Source of the DNA: Eledone cirrhosa
Lineage: Eukaryota
Assembly: GCA_964016885.1 (NCBI GenBank)
Contig: OZ024741.1
Location: 241,614,001-241,678,000, forward strand
Direction of reading: 5' to 3'
DNA: 64,000 nucleotides
The notes beneath the pieces are model-generated. The model searched no databases and had not been told where the DNA came from. It was given only the letters and a program-made list of their open reading frames with translations. Shown one piece after another: positions 42,533-54,794 of the stretch; the first letter of the stretch is position 1; every line of letters starts with the position of its first letter. A program made the position numbers and the translations under genes.

Positions 42533-43218
42533 AATTAATTAATAATTATTAATAATGGTATATCGTGCAATGGCCATACTCGATAATGAGGAGTCAGCCA
42601 TCATATCATATATATATTTATATGTATTTGAGTTTTGAATTTTTAAAGAAATGTGTTATGTTTATAAATAAATAAAAGCCATAGCTATGAATGAAACTGG
42701 CAGCTAACGCCACCAAGCAGTGCTCAGCAGAAGCAAGGAGGACAATAGTTGATGCATTTTGAGCTGAACTGGTTCTCGTGAGGATGATCTCTTTTGTTCT
42801 TGCAACTGCCGAACTTTGAAAACAGGCGAAAATATATAGTTTTTTCATGTGTGTAAATGAGGTGATTAATCTCATTTGCATATGAAGCTGTATAAGTTGG
42901 CTCAACTTCATCATCATCATCATCATCATCATCATTTTACGTCTGCTTTTCCCTCCTTGCAAGGGTGTGATGGGTCCTATTCAGCACAGCATCTCTCCAC
43001 TTAAGTTGTACATATATATATATATATATATGAAACTATTTCTATATATATATACAGAGTGGGTGACCTAGACTGTGCCAGTGTGTATATATATCACCTA
43101 AACAACGACAACGGAACATATTAGTAGTATTACAGATATCGCATTATTGAACACTTTGGCTGCTTAGTGCACTTCATCATTTTATGTCCACTTTTCCCTG
43201 CTTGCAAGGGTGACACTT

Positions 43219-43268
<50 letters not shown>

Positions 43269-43346
43269 TATATTATAATTTGAGATTAAACTCTCAGTCG
43301 TTTACAATAAATCAGCTCCAAGAAAGGGGCATTTCCGAGCAGTTAA

Positions 43347-43754
43347 ATACATTAATATATATAATAAACACAAAACGTCTTTGCATTGTAACAGACAAAG
43401 TTAGCCTTTAATGAAATAAACTAATTAAAGTGAATACAATTTGTCTGTCTCGATATAAGTCAATAAAGACAAGCTTATATTGGCAAAGGCCGTGATTCCT
43501 GGACAAATCTAAATTTCAAAATCCAAACCCGCTCCGTAGATGAATTTGAATTTCGAAACCTAAATATGTTTCGCAACGATGGTACGTGAATTGAAAAATA
43601 AAGAGAATCGAAATGGAATTGAAATAAAAAGTCTTTATTGACTTATATCGAGACAGACAAATTGTATTCACTTTAATTAGTTTATTTCATTAATAGCTAA
43701 CTTTGTCTGTTACAATGCAAACACGTTTTGTGTTTATCATATATATTAATGTAT
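43347..43754. repeat. Fold-back element with ~124-bp inverted arms
   Basis: 43347-43470 is the near-perfect reverse complement of 43631-43754; (TA)n directly on the right and ~80 bp to the left. Confidence 0.9.
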
Positions 43755-44270
43755 ATATATATATATAAAGTTATGAAATGAAAGGACCTGTGTGGTTATT
43801 AAAAACAATGTTTAGGATGGTGGTATGGACGGAACAGGAGGAGAAAGGAAGAAAGGAGTTTCCATCATCAGCTGTAAATGTTTTCCGGACCAATATTTCA
43901 GCGCTGAATTACAGGACATCGGTGTATTTTGGGTGCGCCCGAGGCCTTTTATTAAACAAAAGGCCAGGTGGAAAAGGAGAGAGAAAGAGAGAAAAAAAGG
44001 AGAAAGAAAAGGAGAGTGGGAAAGGAGGAAGAACAGGGGGGGGGGGGTGAGATCAGGAGAGAGGAAGAAGGGGGAAGGGGAAAAAATAGGAAAGGAATAG
44101 GAGAAAAAAAGTGTACAGGTCCCATCATGGGAAGACACAGGTGAAAGAAACATGCAAAAAAGTAACAGTGGAAAAATAGGAAAAGTAAGTTGTGGCCAAC
44201 CTGGGAGACTTTAGCCTGGTGGTCAGCTATGACTCAGAGCTGGTATAATCGTGCTGCCTCTCACATAGAC

Positions 44271-44304
<34 letters not shown>

Positions 44305-44384
44305 CAAAGAGTTGGGACCTGATGACTGAGCTCTTGCCATTTCAACAACTAGTTCCAGACACACACACATATGTGTGTGCGTGT

Positions 44385-44427
44385 GTATATATATATAGAG
44401 AGAGAGGGGGGAGAGAGGGAGAGAGAG

Positions 44428-44462
<35 letters not shown>

Positions 44463-44488
44463 AGATAGAGAGGGGGAGAGAGAAAGAA

Positions 44489-44555
<67 letters not shown>
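44385..44555. repeat. (TA)n/(GA)n microsatellite
   Basis: Seen directly. Confidence 0.95.
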
Positions 44556-44560
<5 letters not shown>

Positions 44561-44914
44561 TAAAAGCCAAACAATGCATGTCTTAAGTAACTCATTTCAT
44601 ATAAGTTTAAGATTAAGATGTTTTTTTTTTTATAATGTAGGAACTGTATCCCCAATTGGTAGATGAAATAAGCTGCCACATTACCAGTACCACTTGCAGA
44701 AATAATTAATTGTATGTTCTGGTCAGTTTAATCCTGAGTTAGTTTTAATGGTCCTTTCTTGATATTCAATGTCCTTTGAGATTTTTCTTTTCATGAAGAA
44801 ATTAGCAGAAGGTTAAAATTAGAATTTATAATGATCATAGTATACTTCTTCATCTAACTCTAGTGTCTTTGTTTCCCTTAAGGCGGGAGGCTCAGCAGGT
44901 CAGTGGTTATTTGG

Positions 44915-45135
44915 TTCCATTGGTGTTAAGTGACTAAAAATACAAAACTTTCTCTGGACAGGTTGCCAGTCCATCACAAGGTTAATTCACAATGTCAGCT
45001 GGTACTCATGGCCAGCTGAGTGTACTGAAGTAATGTGAAATGAAGAGCTTTGCTCAAGAACACAGCACACAACCTGGTCTAGGAATCAAACCCACATTAT
45101 GATCATAAATCCAACACATTAGCAATGTACCTTCG
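44915..45135 (-). mobile_element. Old tRNA-derived SINE (family B)
   Basis: Reverse complement similar to 47617-47885 (GTGTTCTTGAGCAAAG...TACACTCAGCTG...TGTGATGGACTGGC..CCTGTCCAG). Confidence 0.7.
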
Positions 45136-46339
45136 CAGTGTAATTTGGAGATGTGAGTTAATTTTGAGGCAATTTTAAAGCATTATAATAGTTTTTAATT
45201 TAGAAATTATTTTTAAAAAAAATAAACAATACATATGATTAAAATATAGTTTTTATTTGAATTTTCAGTCTTAAAAGATCCTTTACACACAATAGTAAGT
45301 TTTAATAAGTTGTCATTTAAGCTTCTGTTTTTGCAATGAAGGAATCACATGTGTTTCATTCAAGGTCAGAGCATGACTGCAAGATGGATAAACTTACCAG
45401 TAGTGTTACTGGTACCCCCATCAGCATGTTTCAGCCAGTTTAGCCCTGGAACAGTTTTACCAGTTCTTTACAACCATTATAATTTCTAACTTCTGACAAC
45501 TTCTTCATATATCTTATATTTGGAGAACCACTATTCTTTTAAACATGATACATTGAAAATTTTGTGTTCCAGTTATATATTTTTTATCCATTGATTTTTA
45601 AAAATATTTTTTCATTTGAATTCTACTATTATGTAGCAGCAACACACTAAATGTTAAACGTCTAGGAAGAATCAGCAAAAACTGACCCAAGGCTAAATTG
45701 TATGGTTTCTTAGGCAAATGTATTTTACCATGTTTAGCTCAACTGTGAATAATATTAGGAAGATATAAAATATGGGGAAGTACAGCAGTAATTCTAAGGG
45801 TCACACAATGTCATGCAAGTATTTTCATGAGAATTACATTAATGTGGAATACTTAGCCAGTTCAGTTAACCCTTTAGCATTAAATTGGCCATATCTGGCC
45901 ATAAGCTTCTCACCTCTTTCTGTTCAAACAAGCCATAACCAACCACTTATAACAATGTTAAGGTATTGTTCTCAAAATAAATAATATCAAAATTTCATAG
46001 ATTCGATATTATGTGAGATAATTATGTGAAAATACATTAGTAAATATAGAGTAATTTAAATTCTAAAGGGTTAAATGAATAATTGGAAGAAGTAATCATT
46101 AAAACTGACAAAGATCCATTGATGTGCCCCTGTGAAGATGGGATGGTCATGGTCTGATCATAACTTTGCTTAATGAGGGCTGAATTGGAGTTTAAACTAC
46201 AAGATTAACAACAATCCTGCATCTTGTTCTTCACCAATTTTATGTCTGTTTTTCTACATTAGCATTGGTTCAATGAGATCGAGAGCTTATCTCAGTTTCA
46301 AGTGTTGTTTCACAACCACGAGTACAAGCCTGGATGCTA

Positions 46340-46505
46340 GTTTGATGCTAGCTTACCCCCCCAAGATGCTGCTGATACTTATTCTTAACCATGTAGATTG
46401 AAGCACTGTGAAATATACAGCTTTTCTCAAGGACACAATGCATCACACTGACCAAAAATTGAACTCGTGACCTTGCAATTGTTAACCACTAGACTGCGTG
46501 CCTTC
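46340..46505 (-). mobile_element. Old tRNA-derived SINE fragment (family B-like)
   Basis: Minus strand TAGTGGTTAA...GGTCACGAGTTCAATT...TGTGTCCTTGAGAAAAG...TTTCACAGTGCTTCAATCTAC. Confidence 0.55.
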
Positions 46506-47219
46506 AGACAGACAACTCTGCAACAATGTTTTTTGTATTTTTCTGAAGACGACCTCAAAAGATACGATTACGTCTATTTCTTCGACATTAAGCAATATTA
46601 ATGATTCTAGTGAAGCCTTTAATTAACTTAATGACAACAACAGCTACAACAACAAGGATATTTCTTGAAGAAGTTTCTTGGCTCTTGAAGACCACTAGAA
46701 AAACAACAACGACAACTGCAGCAATAACAACAACACGTAACCAGTATGGCCTGTGTCTACTGGGGCAGACAGAATGTGGAAATGAAAGAGAGATGAAAGA
46801 TGTCTGTAAGGTTGGATGTTGTCTTTGAGGCTGAAAGTAACAAACACGAACACTAAAGAGGCAACAAGATATAATAATAATAATAATGATGATGATAATA
46901 ATAATGATTTCATTTATTGGCCACAATGATGATGATGATGATAATAACAAAAATAAGACAAAAATATAAGACAAATAAGCAAAAAAAAGAAAAAAAGTTC
47001 AAGAGAGATTTATAAAAACGTGACTTGATTTGTTAAAGATGATGTAATTATTGGCTGGTCAAAGTTTTGTATCTAGAGGTACGGTGGTGGTGGGTGGGGT
47101 GGGGGGTGTAGGGAGGAGTGGGGGGGGGGATGGTTAGTCAGGTCGCTGAGTTAATAGGCTGGAGTGTTGTAGTGTGTAGTGGTAATATACTGGTGTATGG
47201 TTGTGTATAGGGAGTATAT

Positions 47220-47545
47220 CAGGTGATGTCTGGGTGTGTGTGGAAGTGTACAGAGGAGGTATATGGTGGAATATGGTGTAATGTAGTGTAGGATGTGGTG
47301 TATGTTGGTGTGATGTGTTGTATGGTGTCCTGTGGTGTGGTGTGGTGTAGTGTGGTGTGGTGTGGTGTGATTGTGGTGTGGTGTATGATGTAGTGTGGTG
47401 TGGTGTAGTGTAATGTAGTATGGGTTATGGTGTGGTGTTGTGTGTTGTAGTGTGGTGTAATGTGGTGTGGTGTTTGATGTAGTGTGGTGCGGTGTAGTGT
47501 AATGTAGTATGGGTTATGGTGTGGTGTGGTGTATAGTGTATGCTG
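47220..47545. repeat. Degenerate GTGGT pentamer repeat
   Basis: Seen directly; a similar tract lies at 47895-48165. Confidence 0.8.
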
Positions 47546-47616
47546 TAGCATGTTTATATACTCTGCTGTATATGGCTATATAGTGGAATACATTGTTGTA
47601 CCATGATATATGATGC

Positions 47617-47885
47617 ATGGCTAGTAGTTAGGGTGGCTGACTTAAAGTCGTGGGTTAAATTTCTGGATCAGGTTGTGTGTTGCATTATTGAACAAAATAC
47701 TTCATTTAACATTGCTCCAATACACTCAGCTGGAAATGAATACCAGCAGTAGTTGGAAGTTGAACTTTGTGATGGGCTGACGTCCTTTCCAGGGGGAGTG
47801 GTGTACACTCATCCTCTTAATACCAATGAAATTGGGATAAGCACTGGCCTAATGAGCTTCTGAGCTTGAGACAGACTTTAGACTT
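47617..47885 (+). mobile_element. Old tRNA-derived SINE (family B) with Meta/V-like central domain
   Basis: tRNA-like head TGGCTAGTAGTTAGGGTG...GTGGGTTAAATT, then GTGATGGGCTGACGTCCTTTCCAGGGGGAG...GAAATTGGGATAAGCACTGGCCTAATGAGC and an AGACTTT tail; domain assignment is from memory and tentative. Confidence 0.65.
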
Positions 47886-48647
47886 TGTTTTTCAGATGGT
47901 CATGTCTTGTGGGGTGTGGTTAAGTCTAGTGTTGTGGTTATATTTGGGGAGATGTGGTGATGTCTGGTGTGGTGTGGTGTGGTGATGTCTGGTGTGGTGT
48001 GGTGTGGTGATGTTTGGTGTGGTGATGTCTTGTGGGGTGTTGTTAAATCTGGTGTTATGGTTATGTTTGGGGAGATGTGGTGATGTCTGGTGGTGGTGTG
48101 GTGATGTCTGGGGAGATGATGTGATATCTGGTCGGTTGTGGTGATGTCTTGTGGAGTGTGGTAATGTCGATATGTAATTTGTCATTATAATGTTTGGTTT
48201 CATTTTGTATTATTAGCTATGATGTAAATTCAAGAATTTTCATAATGTGGGGGACATGTTGAAGTAATTCAAAATGTCTGCGTTTTCTGACAATTTTGGA
48301 GATAAAATAAAAATTATTATTTTGGGGATCCAGCTGGATCATTTGAAAACAGTTGAGTCTTATAAGGCCGTCTAAAAGGTGTGTCTGAAGACACTAACCC
48401 TACAACCCTCCCAGGAATAAAGGGCAAAGAAAAAGAAAAAGAATGAAGAGATTTTTTAGGATGAATTTTTTTCAGAATTACACAAGCTGCATCATCTAGT
48501 TTCATTTGTATAAGGTTTGTCTTATTATGGAATTTTCCAGTTTATATCAAATTTGATTCATTTCTCTTTTTATCTAAAAACAAACAAACAAAAGATATAG
48601 GTAGTTTGGTAATATGCTTCTACTCTATATAGTTCTAAAGCAAACTT

Positions 48648-49217
48648 GTGAAGGGAAATTCAAATACTTATATAATAATAATGAAAATTATTGTGTACAG
48701 TGCTCAGGTGCACTACAACTCATCCAAGGTGTATGTATAGTGTTGGCGAATTTCAGGAAGCATGGAAGTTTTGAAGATTGCAATGTCCTGACAGCTAACA
48801 CTGGATCCTTCAAAACTTCAATGCTTTCTGAAATTCGCCAACACTACATCTGATATTCCCCTCCATACACATGCACGCATGTGTCTGTGTGTACATCATG
48901 ACTCATACACTGTTCACTTTACTGACATTTGTACATTATTCTATGTAATATACATGCACCTTTAGTGAGTTGTAGTGCACCTGAGTACTGTACACAATAT
49001 TTTTTGTGAATTGGCAGTATCAGTAGAGGGTCGGACACCATGCTTTGCAGCTTAGTAAGCCCCTTTACAGTCTGAGCTCAAATCCCGCCGAGGTTAACTT
49101 TGACTTTCATCCTTACAGGGTCAATAAAATAAAGTACCAGTAATGCACTGGGATAATAGCTGGCCTTGTGCCAAAAGTAGAAACAATTATTATATAAGTA
49201 TTTGAATTTCCCTTCAC
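48648..49217. repeat. Nested inverted duplication containing LINE-like 3' ends
   Basis: Arms 48648-48722 / 48966-48996+49187-49217 and inner arms 48738-48776 / 48809-48847; SFKTSMLSEIRQHY resembles a CR1/L2-type ORF C-terminus. Confidence 0.75.
49006..49190 (+). mobile_element. tRNA-derived SINE (family A)
   Basis: GTGAATTGGCAGTATCAGTAGAGGGTCGGAC...CAAATCCCGCCGAGGTTAACTTTG...GGCCTTGTGCCAAAAGTAGAAAC; interrupts the right arm of the inverted repeat. Confidence 0.85.
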
Positions 49218-50049
49218 CCTTTCAACATAATGTTTATTCTCAGTGTCTGGATTCCTTTCTGTGGAGTTGTTGTTGGCTACATAGATACTAGCTTCAGTGT
49301 TGTATGACAGATTTAGAAGGTATAATTTTTACTTTCAATAAAAGTAATTTTCTACTGTTGATTTCTAAGTAATGATACTTTTCCAATTTTTGTACAGCTG
49401 TAACTTAATTTTAAATTGTTTCTATTAAATAATTTTCTATAATGGTGGTTCATTGGGAAAGGTTTAATAATGAAGTAAGAGGTAAAAGTAATACTGCTAT
49501 TTCAATTACGTAGACTTATTTACCACTGAAATAAGCCAACCACCTATTTTATGTCTCTAGGTAAAAATCCAAACCCTCTTTATAAGCTGAGGCAGGTAAT
49601 TAATGCATTATGTCTAAATGCTATGGTTTTGAAATTCTCAAGAAGTTTTATTATTTCGATATTTAAAATGTTTTAAGTGTCATTTAGAGTATAGTTTCTG
49701 ATTCACAGCACCAATACATAATGATTTTTTACCAATTTCCGACCGGTTGGAAGGCAATATTCATTCAAAATATATCAAAAAGAATAGGAAATATGAATTT
49801 CACATCAAAAGTGAAACTGGTGAAATATTCCTCTCTAAAGTGAAAATATTTTAGCACCCCATTTATGTAGAATATTAAAGTTGATGAAAATCAGCAAAAC
49901 TTTGACCTCGAATATAAGCAGACTCCCATTTTACCATTGATCTTTTGTCACATATTTCTTGGCTTATATATGTGTATATATGGTGTAAATATCTAGTAAT
50001 TATATATCTATACAAACATCACAAACGCTACATACACACATACACATGT

Positions 50050-50128
<79 letters not shown>

Positions 50129-50271
50129 TAAGCACACACATACACATATATATGCCTAGGTGGTTAAGAAGAGTGCTTCAGAACTGTTTCTTTTTCAGAT
50201 TCCGTCACATTGATTGGCACCAAGGGAAAGTGTCTTCTACTATAGTCCTGGTCAAACTAATGCCTTATTAT

Positions 50272-50495
50272 TTGCAAGCAGATCTGGAGAAAGCTTTTGA
50301 CAGTGTCCCATGTCATAATCTGATGGGCTCTTAAAAAGTTGATGAGTGGCTTGTGAAGGCTGTACAAGGCATGTATAAGGGAGCAGTCAGCAAAGTTAGG
50401 GTTAACAACAACTATAATGAGGAATTTAGCGTACAGGTTGGTGTCCATTAGGGCTCTGTTCTTAGCCCTCTCCTGTTTATCATTGTACTATAGGC
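50272..50495 (+). pseudogene. Decayed RTE LINE RT fragment (5' part, split by hAT)
   Basis: DLEKAFDSVP...VDEWLVKAVQGMYKGAVSKVRVNNNYNEEFSVQVGVH*GSVLSPLLFII aligns with the RT of 55863-58298. Confidence 0.85.
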
Positions 50496-53438
50496 TAGGG
50501 GTTCTCAACCTTTTTTTCGCTGTGGACCACCAAAATAAGTAATTTTTTCCTGTGGACCATCTAAACTTTTAAATCTTTTGTAATAGAACTGCTACTTATA
50601 AGCATCAGTAGATGTTTTTTTTCAATGAATTAGAAAATGCTATTATCATGTCGCAGTGCCTAAAAATCTACACAAATAAACAGCTGAAGTCGTACTTATG
50701 CGAATAATAAGAACAGCGCTTTAAGTCAAATGCATGAATCAAAAAAGAATTTGCTATTGAACCAACCAACGCATAACTTATTCGTTATTAATTTGAATTT
50801 TTTCGACTTCATATCTCAGCGACAAATATGAAGCATTGATGATGAGAATAAGTTTCTACTTCTAATTGGTAAGATCGATTTGATTGGTCAATACCATTTT
50901 CACTTTGCAATGAAAGTTCCTTTTTTGTTCCCCTAAGGGACATGTTTTAGCACCAAGACGACAGAGAACAAACAAATGAGAACACCAATACGAAAACCAA
51001 TTTGAAAATGTCTATTTTTTCAATAAAGCTTTATTTGATAGAATCGAGTAGAAAAAGGTTACAGAGTCCTGGAAAATACTCCCTATGATTCAGATGAAAT
51101 GGAAAGCTGTACAGTTTAAATATGATAATGTGTAGGGTAAGTTAAAAAAATGCGAAGATTTAAGTTGGGATCAGTACAAAAGGTTGTGTAAACATTTGAG
51201 GGAATACAACAAATTGAATTGAATTAAAAATGTCAACGACAACACAATTACGCCAAGTCATCAGACAACACGTAAAAAAACTGTCAATGAGACCCTTGTG
51301 CTTGTTTTTGATCCACAAGTTTAGAAATCCTCGGCTCTATGTGGCTCAAGTGAAGTCTCAAATCGGCATTGTTGTCGAGGATCAAACGCCTCCGCTGCTT
51401 TGTGTATATGTGGAGGACAATGGAAAATCCCTTTTCAGCCAAGTAAGATGTAGGGAGATTTATTATGAAAGGCTCGACTTCTTCAAACAGCTTTGGATAT
51501 TCTTGACAATGATTTAACCAAGCCTCGACCCAGTTAGTTTCAGAAAATTTATGCAGATTATCATCTACCGTCGCCTCACAGAGCTCCATCTGAAGACATT
51601 CTGGTTGAACAAGTATGTCGTTCACAGACATTGTGTGAAGAGAATCCACAAAAATTGGGATATTTAAAACCAAAAGATCTTCAAAACGATTATTGAAGTT
51701 TTCGTGAAGGAAAGATAGATGCTCGATTATAGATTTGTGCAAGTCATTATCTACCACAACAGTTTTTAAGCTCTCAAACTGAGAAAAGTTATGATCTTCA
51801 ATTTGAATGTTCCATAGAACGAGCTTTTTCATGAAAGCCCTTATCAAGTGTTTGGCACGTACAACGTTGATGTTCTGCTTTTGCAAAGAAAGATTGAGAT
51901 CATTTAATTTTTGAAAGATCTCATGTAAGTACAAAATTGCGGGTTTTTTCTCAGAAAGTGATGCTGTCATAATTGGATCAGTCTGTTGAAGAAATTCTAT
52001 GACTTTATCAAAGAGTGCAACAAAACGTCCAAGGCAGCTTCCCATTGATAGCCAGCGTATATCTGTTGAATACAACAGATGGTTGAACGTTTCATCTTTA
52101 CAAACTTCTTGGAAAAGCCTGTCCTGAAGACCAGATCTTTTGATCTTGTTGACTGCGGAAACAATTGTGTTAAGGATTTCAGAAAATGTATAATTTCCGA
52201 TTTTTTTTGCTATTAAATTTTCTCGATGGAGTACGCAATGAGTTGTGAAGATGTGATTAAATTCTATCCATCTTGCAACAAAACCCTAGGATTTTCCAAC
52301 CATAGAGGCTGCTCCATCAGAGCATATTGATATAATGTGGAGATCAATGTCATTTTTAGTGAGAAAATCCATGACTGCATTGTAGATCATCTCTCCAGTG
52401 TTTTTCAGTACAGTTGTCATAAAAAGTAGGTTTTCACAAAAGCAAGCACAACACATTGGTTGTCAAAAGTGCTGTCATCCACCGTCAACGAAAATCTGCA
52501 GTGTCGCAATTCTTCTACAACTGTAGATTTCACATCTTCAGCTATTTCAGAAATGCGGAAAGATTCCGTGCTGTTGGAAAATGGAATAGTTGCTAAAACC
52601 GAGGCAGCGTTCGACACATTAGCAACTTTATATCCTTCAAGTATTGAGGGCCTAATCAGGTCTTCGCCAATGGTATGTGGGCGTCCCTGTTTTGCTATCA
52701 TGAGCGAAATGTTGTAGGAAAATTTTCAGTGATGCAGATGACGCTTTTTTTTGTGAAGATATTCTTCGAAGTACTTCTTAGGCTTGCCATATAAATCGGG
52801 ATGGACTTGTTTTTGATGATACAATAATTTCAAAGGTTTCATTGAGTCGTTAGTTAATATTTTTGAGCAGATGATACACTGTGGTAATGAAGGATCTTCT
52901 GCGCTGGATAAAAAACCATATATGATATAATATGAGTTATATCGTCTACAAAATCGTTTTTCCGATTCGGTGAACGAAGAATTTAGAGAACGTTTTTCCA
53001 TATCACTGACAATAAAATTTCTACAGACTACAATTAGACTAACACTTGCGTAAAAATGTACATACCTGGAGAGATAATATGTTATATTGGGTAAGCCGTA
53101 AGAACTGCTGTTTCGCTAGAAATCCTCAATTCAAAAGTCAGGTAGAAAACACGATCGTGTCGACCGGCTGAGAACACGCGATTTGTTGTGTATTTTTATG
53201 TGCGCTAACATCTGTACGCATCTGTACTTGTCTGGTATGCGTCCGTGTATGATTGAATAGCTAATCGTCCATTAGGAAAGGTATGCTCTCAAGTGCACTC
53301 ACAGGTGCGAGGTGTGATGAGGCATGTTTCATTTGTGTGACATGTGCATGTACAGAAAAATTTAAATTTTTCAGGTGGTCCACAGAAAATTTTATGTAGA
53401 CAACTGGTGGTCAACATGGACCAGGTTGAGAACCCCTG
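50496..53438 (-). mobile_element. Full-length hAT transposon, Buster/Charlie subfamily
   Basis: TIRs TAGGGGTTCTCAACCT (50496) and AGGTTGAGAACCCCTG (53423-53438); 8-bp TSD CTATAGGC at 50488-50495 and 53439-53446 with central TA. Confidence 0.95.
51284..53001 (-). pseudogene. Buster-type hAT transposase, frameshifted
   Basis: BED finger PQCIICSKILTNDSMKPLKLLYHQKQVH, IAKQGRPHTIGEDLIRP, FSLTVDDST, CSDGAASM, HCVLHREN, IRWLS, PTSYLAEKGFS and C-terminal QAQGSH; split across several ORFs. Confidence 0.9.
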
Positions 53439-53446
53439 CTATAGGC

Positions 53447-53915
53447 TATAGTAGAGGAGTTTGAGACTGGCTGCCCAGCACGCAGATGATCTTACACTCA
53501 TAGCACAGTCTATGGTGGAAGTAGAGAAGAAATTCTGAACATAGAAGCAGAGCCTAGTAACAAGGGGTCTTAAAGTCAATATGACAAAGATTAAGGTCCT
53601 AGTAAGTAGAAGAGAAAACAGAACCCAGATCCCCTCAGGGAAATGGCCTTGCTCAGTATGTAGGAAAGGTGTAGGTAGGAACTCCATCCTCTGCCCCAAA
53701 TGCAAACTATGGGTACACAAGAGATGTAGTGGGATCTCAGGAAGTTTAACTAAGAATGTAGGCTTTACATGTAGCAGTTGCACCAGGGCAGTAAGCAGCA
53801 AATGACCACAGGAAATAAGCGATATCAAATTCTGGGAAGGTTTGGTAGAGGCAGTAGAGAGCTTCTACTACTTGAGTGACCAAATTAGCAGTGGAGGTAG
53901 GTGTTCTGAAAGTAC
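53447..53915 (+). pseudogene. Decayed RTE LINE RT fragment (3' part)
   Basis: Continues after the TSD: IVEEFETGCP...ADDLTLIAQS...GKWPCSVCRKGVGRNSILCPKCKLWVHKRCSGI...; contains stops. Confidence 0.85.
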
Positions 53916-54719
53916 AGTATACTTGTGTTTCTGTGTATAAGTGGAAGTTGGTATAACATGAATCTACACACTCATGAACACACCTAAACATAAACACATA
54001 AACATGAGTATGTACACACATTCACACATACACATACACATACATGCGCATACATACATACAAACAAACAAACACAGCAATATCGCACAAAATATCAAGT
54101 ATCAAATGATATTGAATGATATCAAGAAGCTTAACCTGACTACAATATATCATATGAAGATGTTATCTTTCTCTCTTTCCCTTCCTCTCTCTCACACACA
54201 TATATATATTGGTAATCATCATGATGCTGGCATGAGTTGGATGGGTCAAGTCGATACTTAAATGAAGCTGCACATATATGTGTATGTGTGTGTGAGAGAG
54301 CAGATACAATATGTTTCATCATCATCATCAATTTTAAGTCCATTTTTTAATGTTAGCATGGGTTAGACGATTTGTCTTGTTGTGAAACAAGTCAGATTAA
54401 ATGACCATGTCTTACTCATACAGAACAGCTTCGTTTCTATGGCTGAATGCCCTTCATAATGCAAATCATATTTACTGTGTGAAGACTGGGTGATTTTTAT
54501 TGGGGCACCAAGACGACCCCTTGTGGACTGAGTTGTACCTGTAATTTAAGTGACCAGCCTTTTCACACAACATTTCATGCTGAATATCTCTGATAACTAC
54601 ATAAAGGCTACCTGGGTCTATGGATTGCTCAACCACTTGCATATTAATCTAATGAACAGGCTGTTACATTTTTAGTATGACTGGAGCACTTATTGTCAGA
54701 ACCAACAAAGATTCGACAG

Positions 54720-54755
<36 letters not shown>

Positions 54756-54794
<39 letters not shown>

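Noticed and set aside
46543-46590. CTGAAGA as a hammerhead core
   Set aside because: No GAAA box or stem I partner.
46588-46974. 128-aa hydrophobic ORF as a membrane protein
   Set aside because: Hydrophobic runs come from (ATA)n/(ACA)n triplet repeats; no recognisable domain.
49225-49525. Stops rescued by A-to-I editing to give an intact exon
   Set aside because: About ten stops of mixed type in the frame; decay or non-coding sequence is far simpler.
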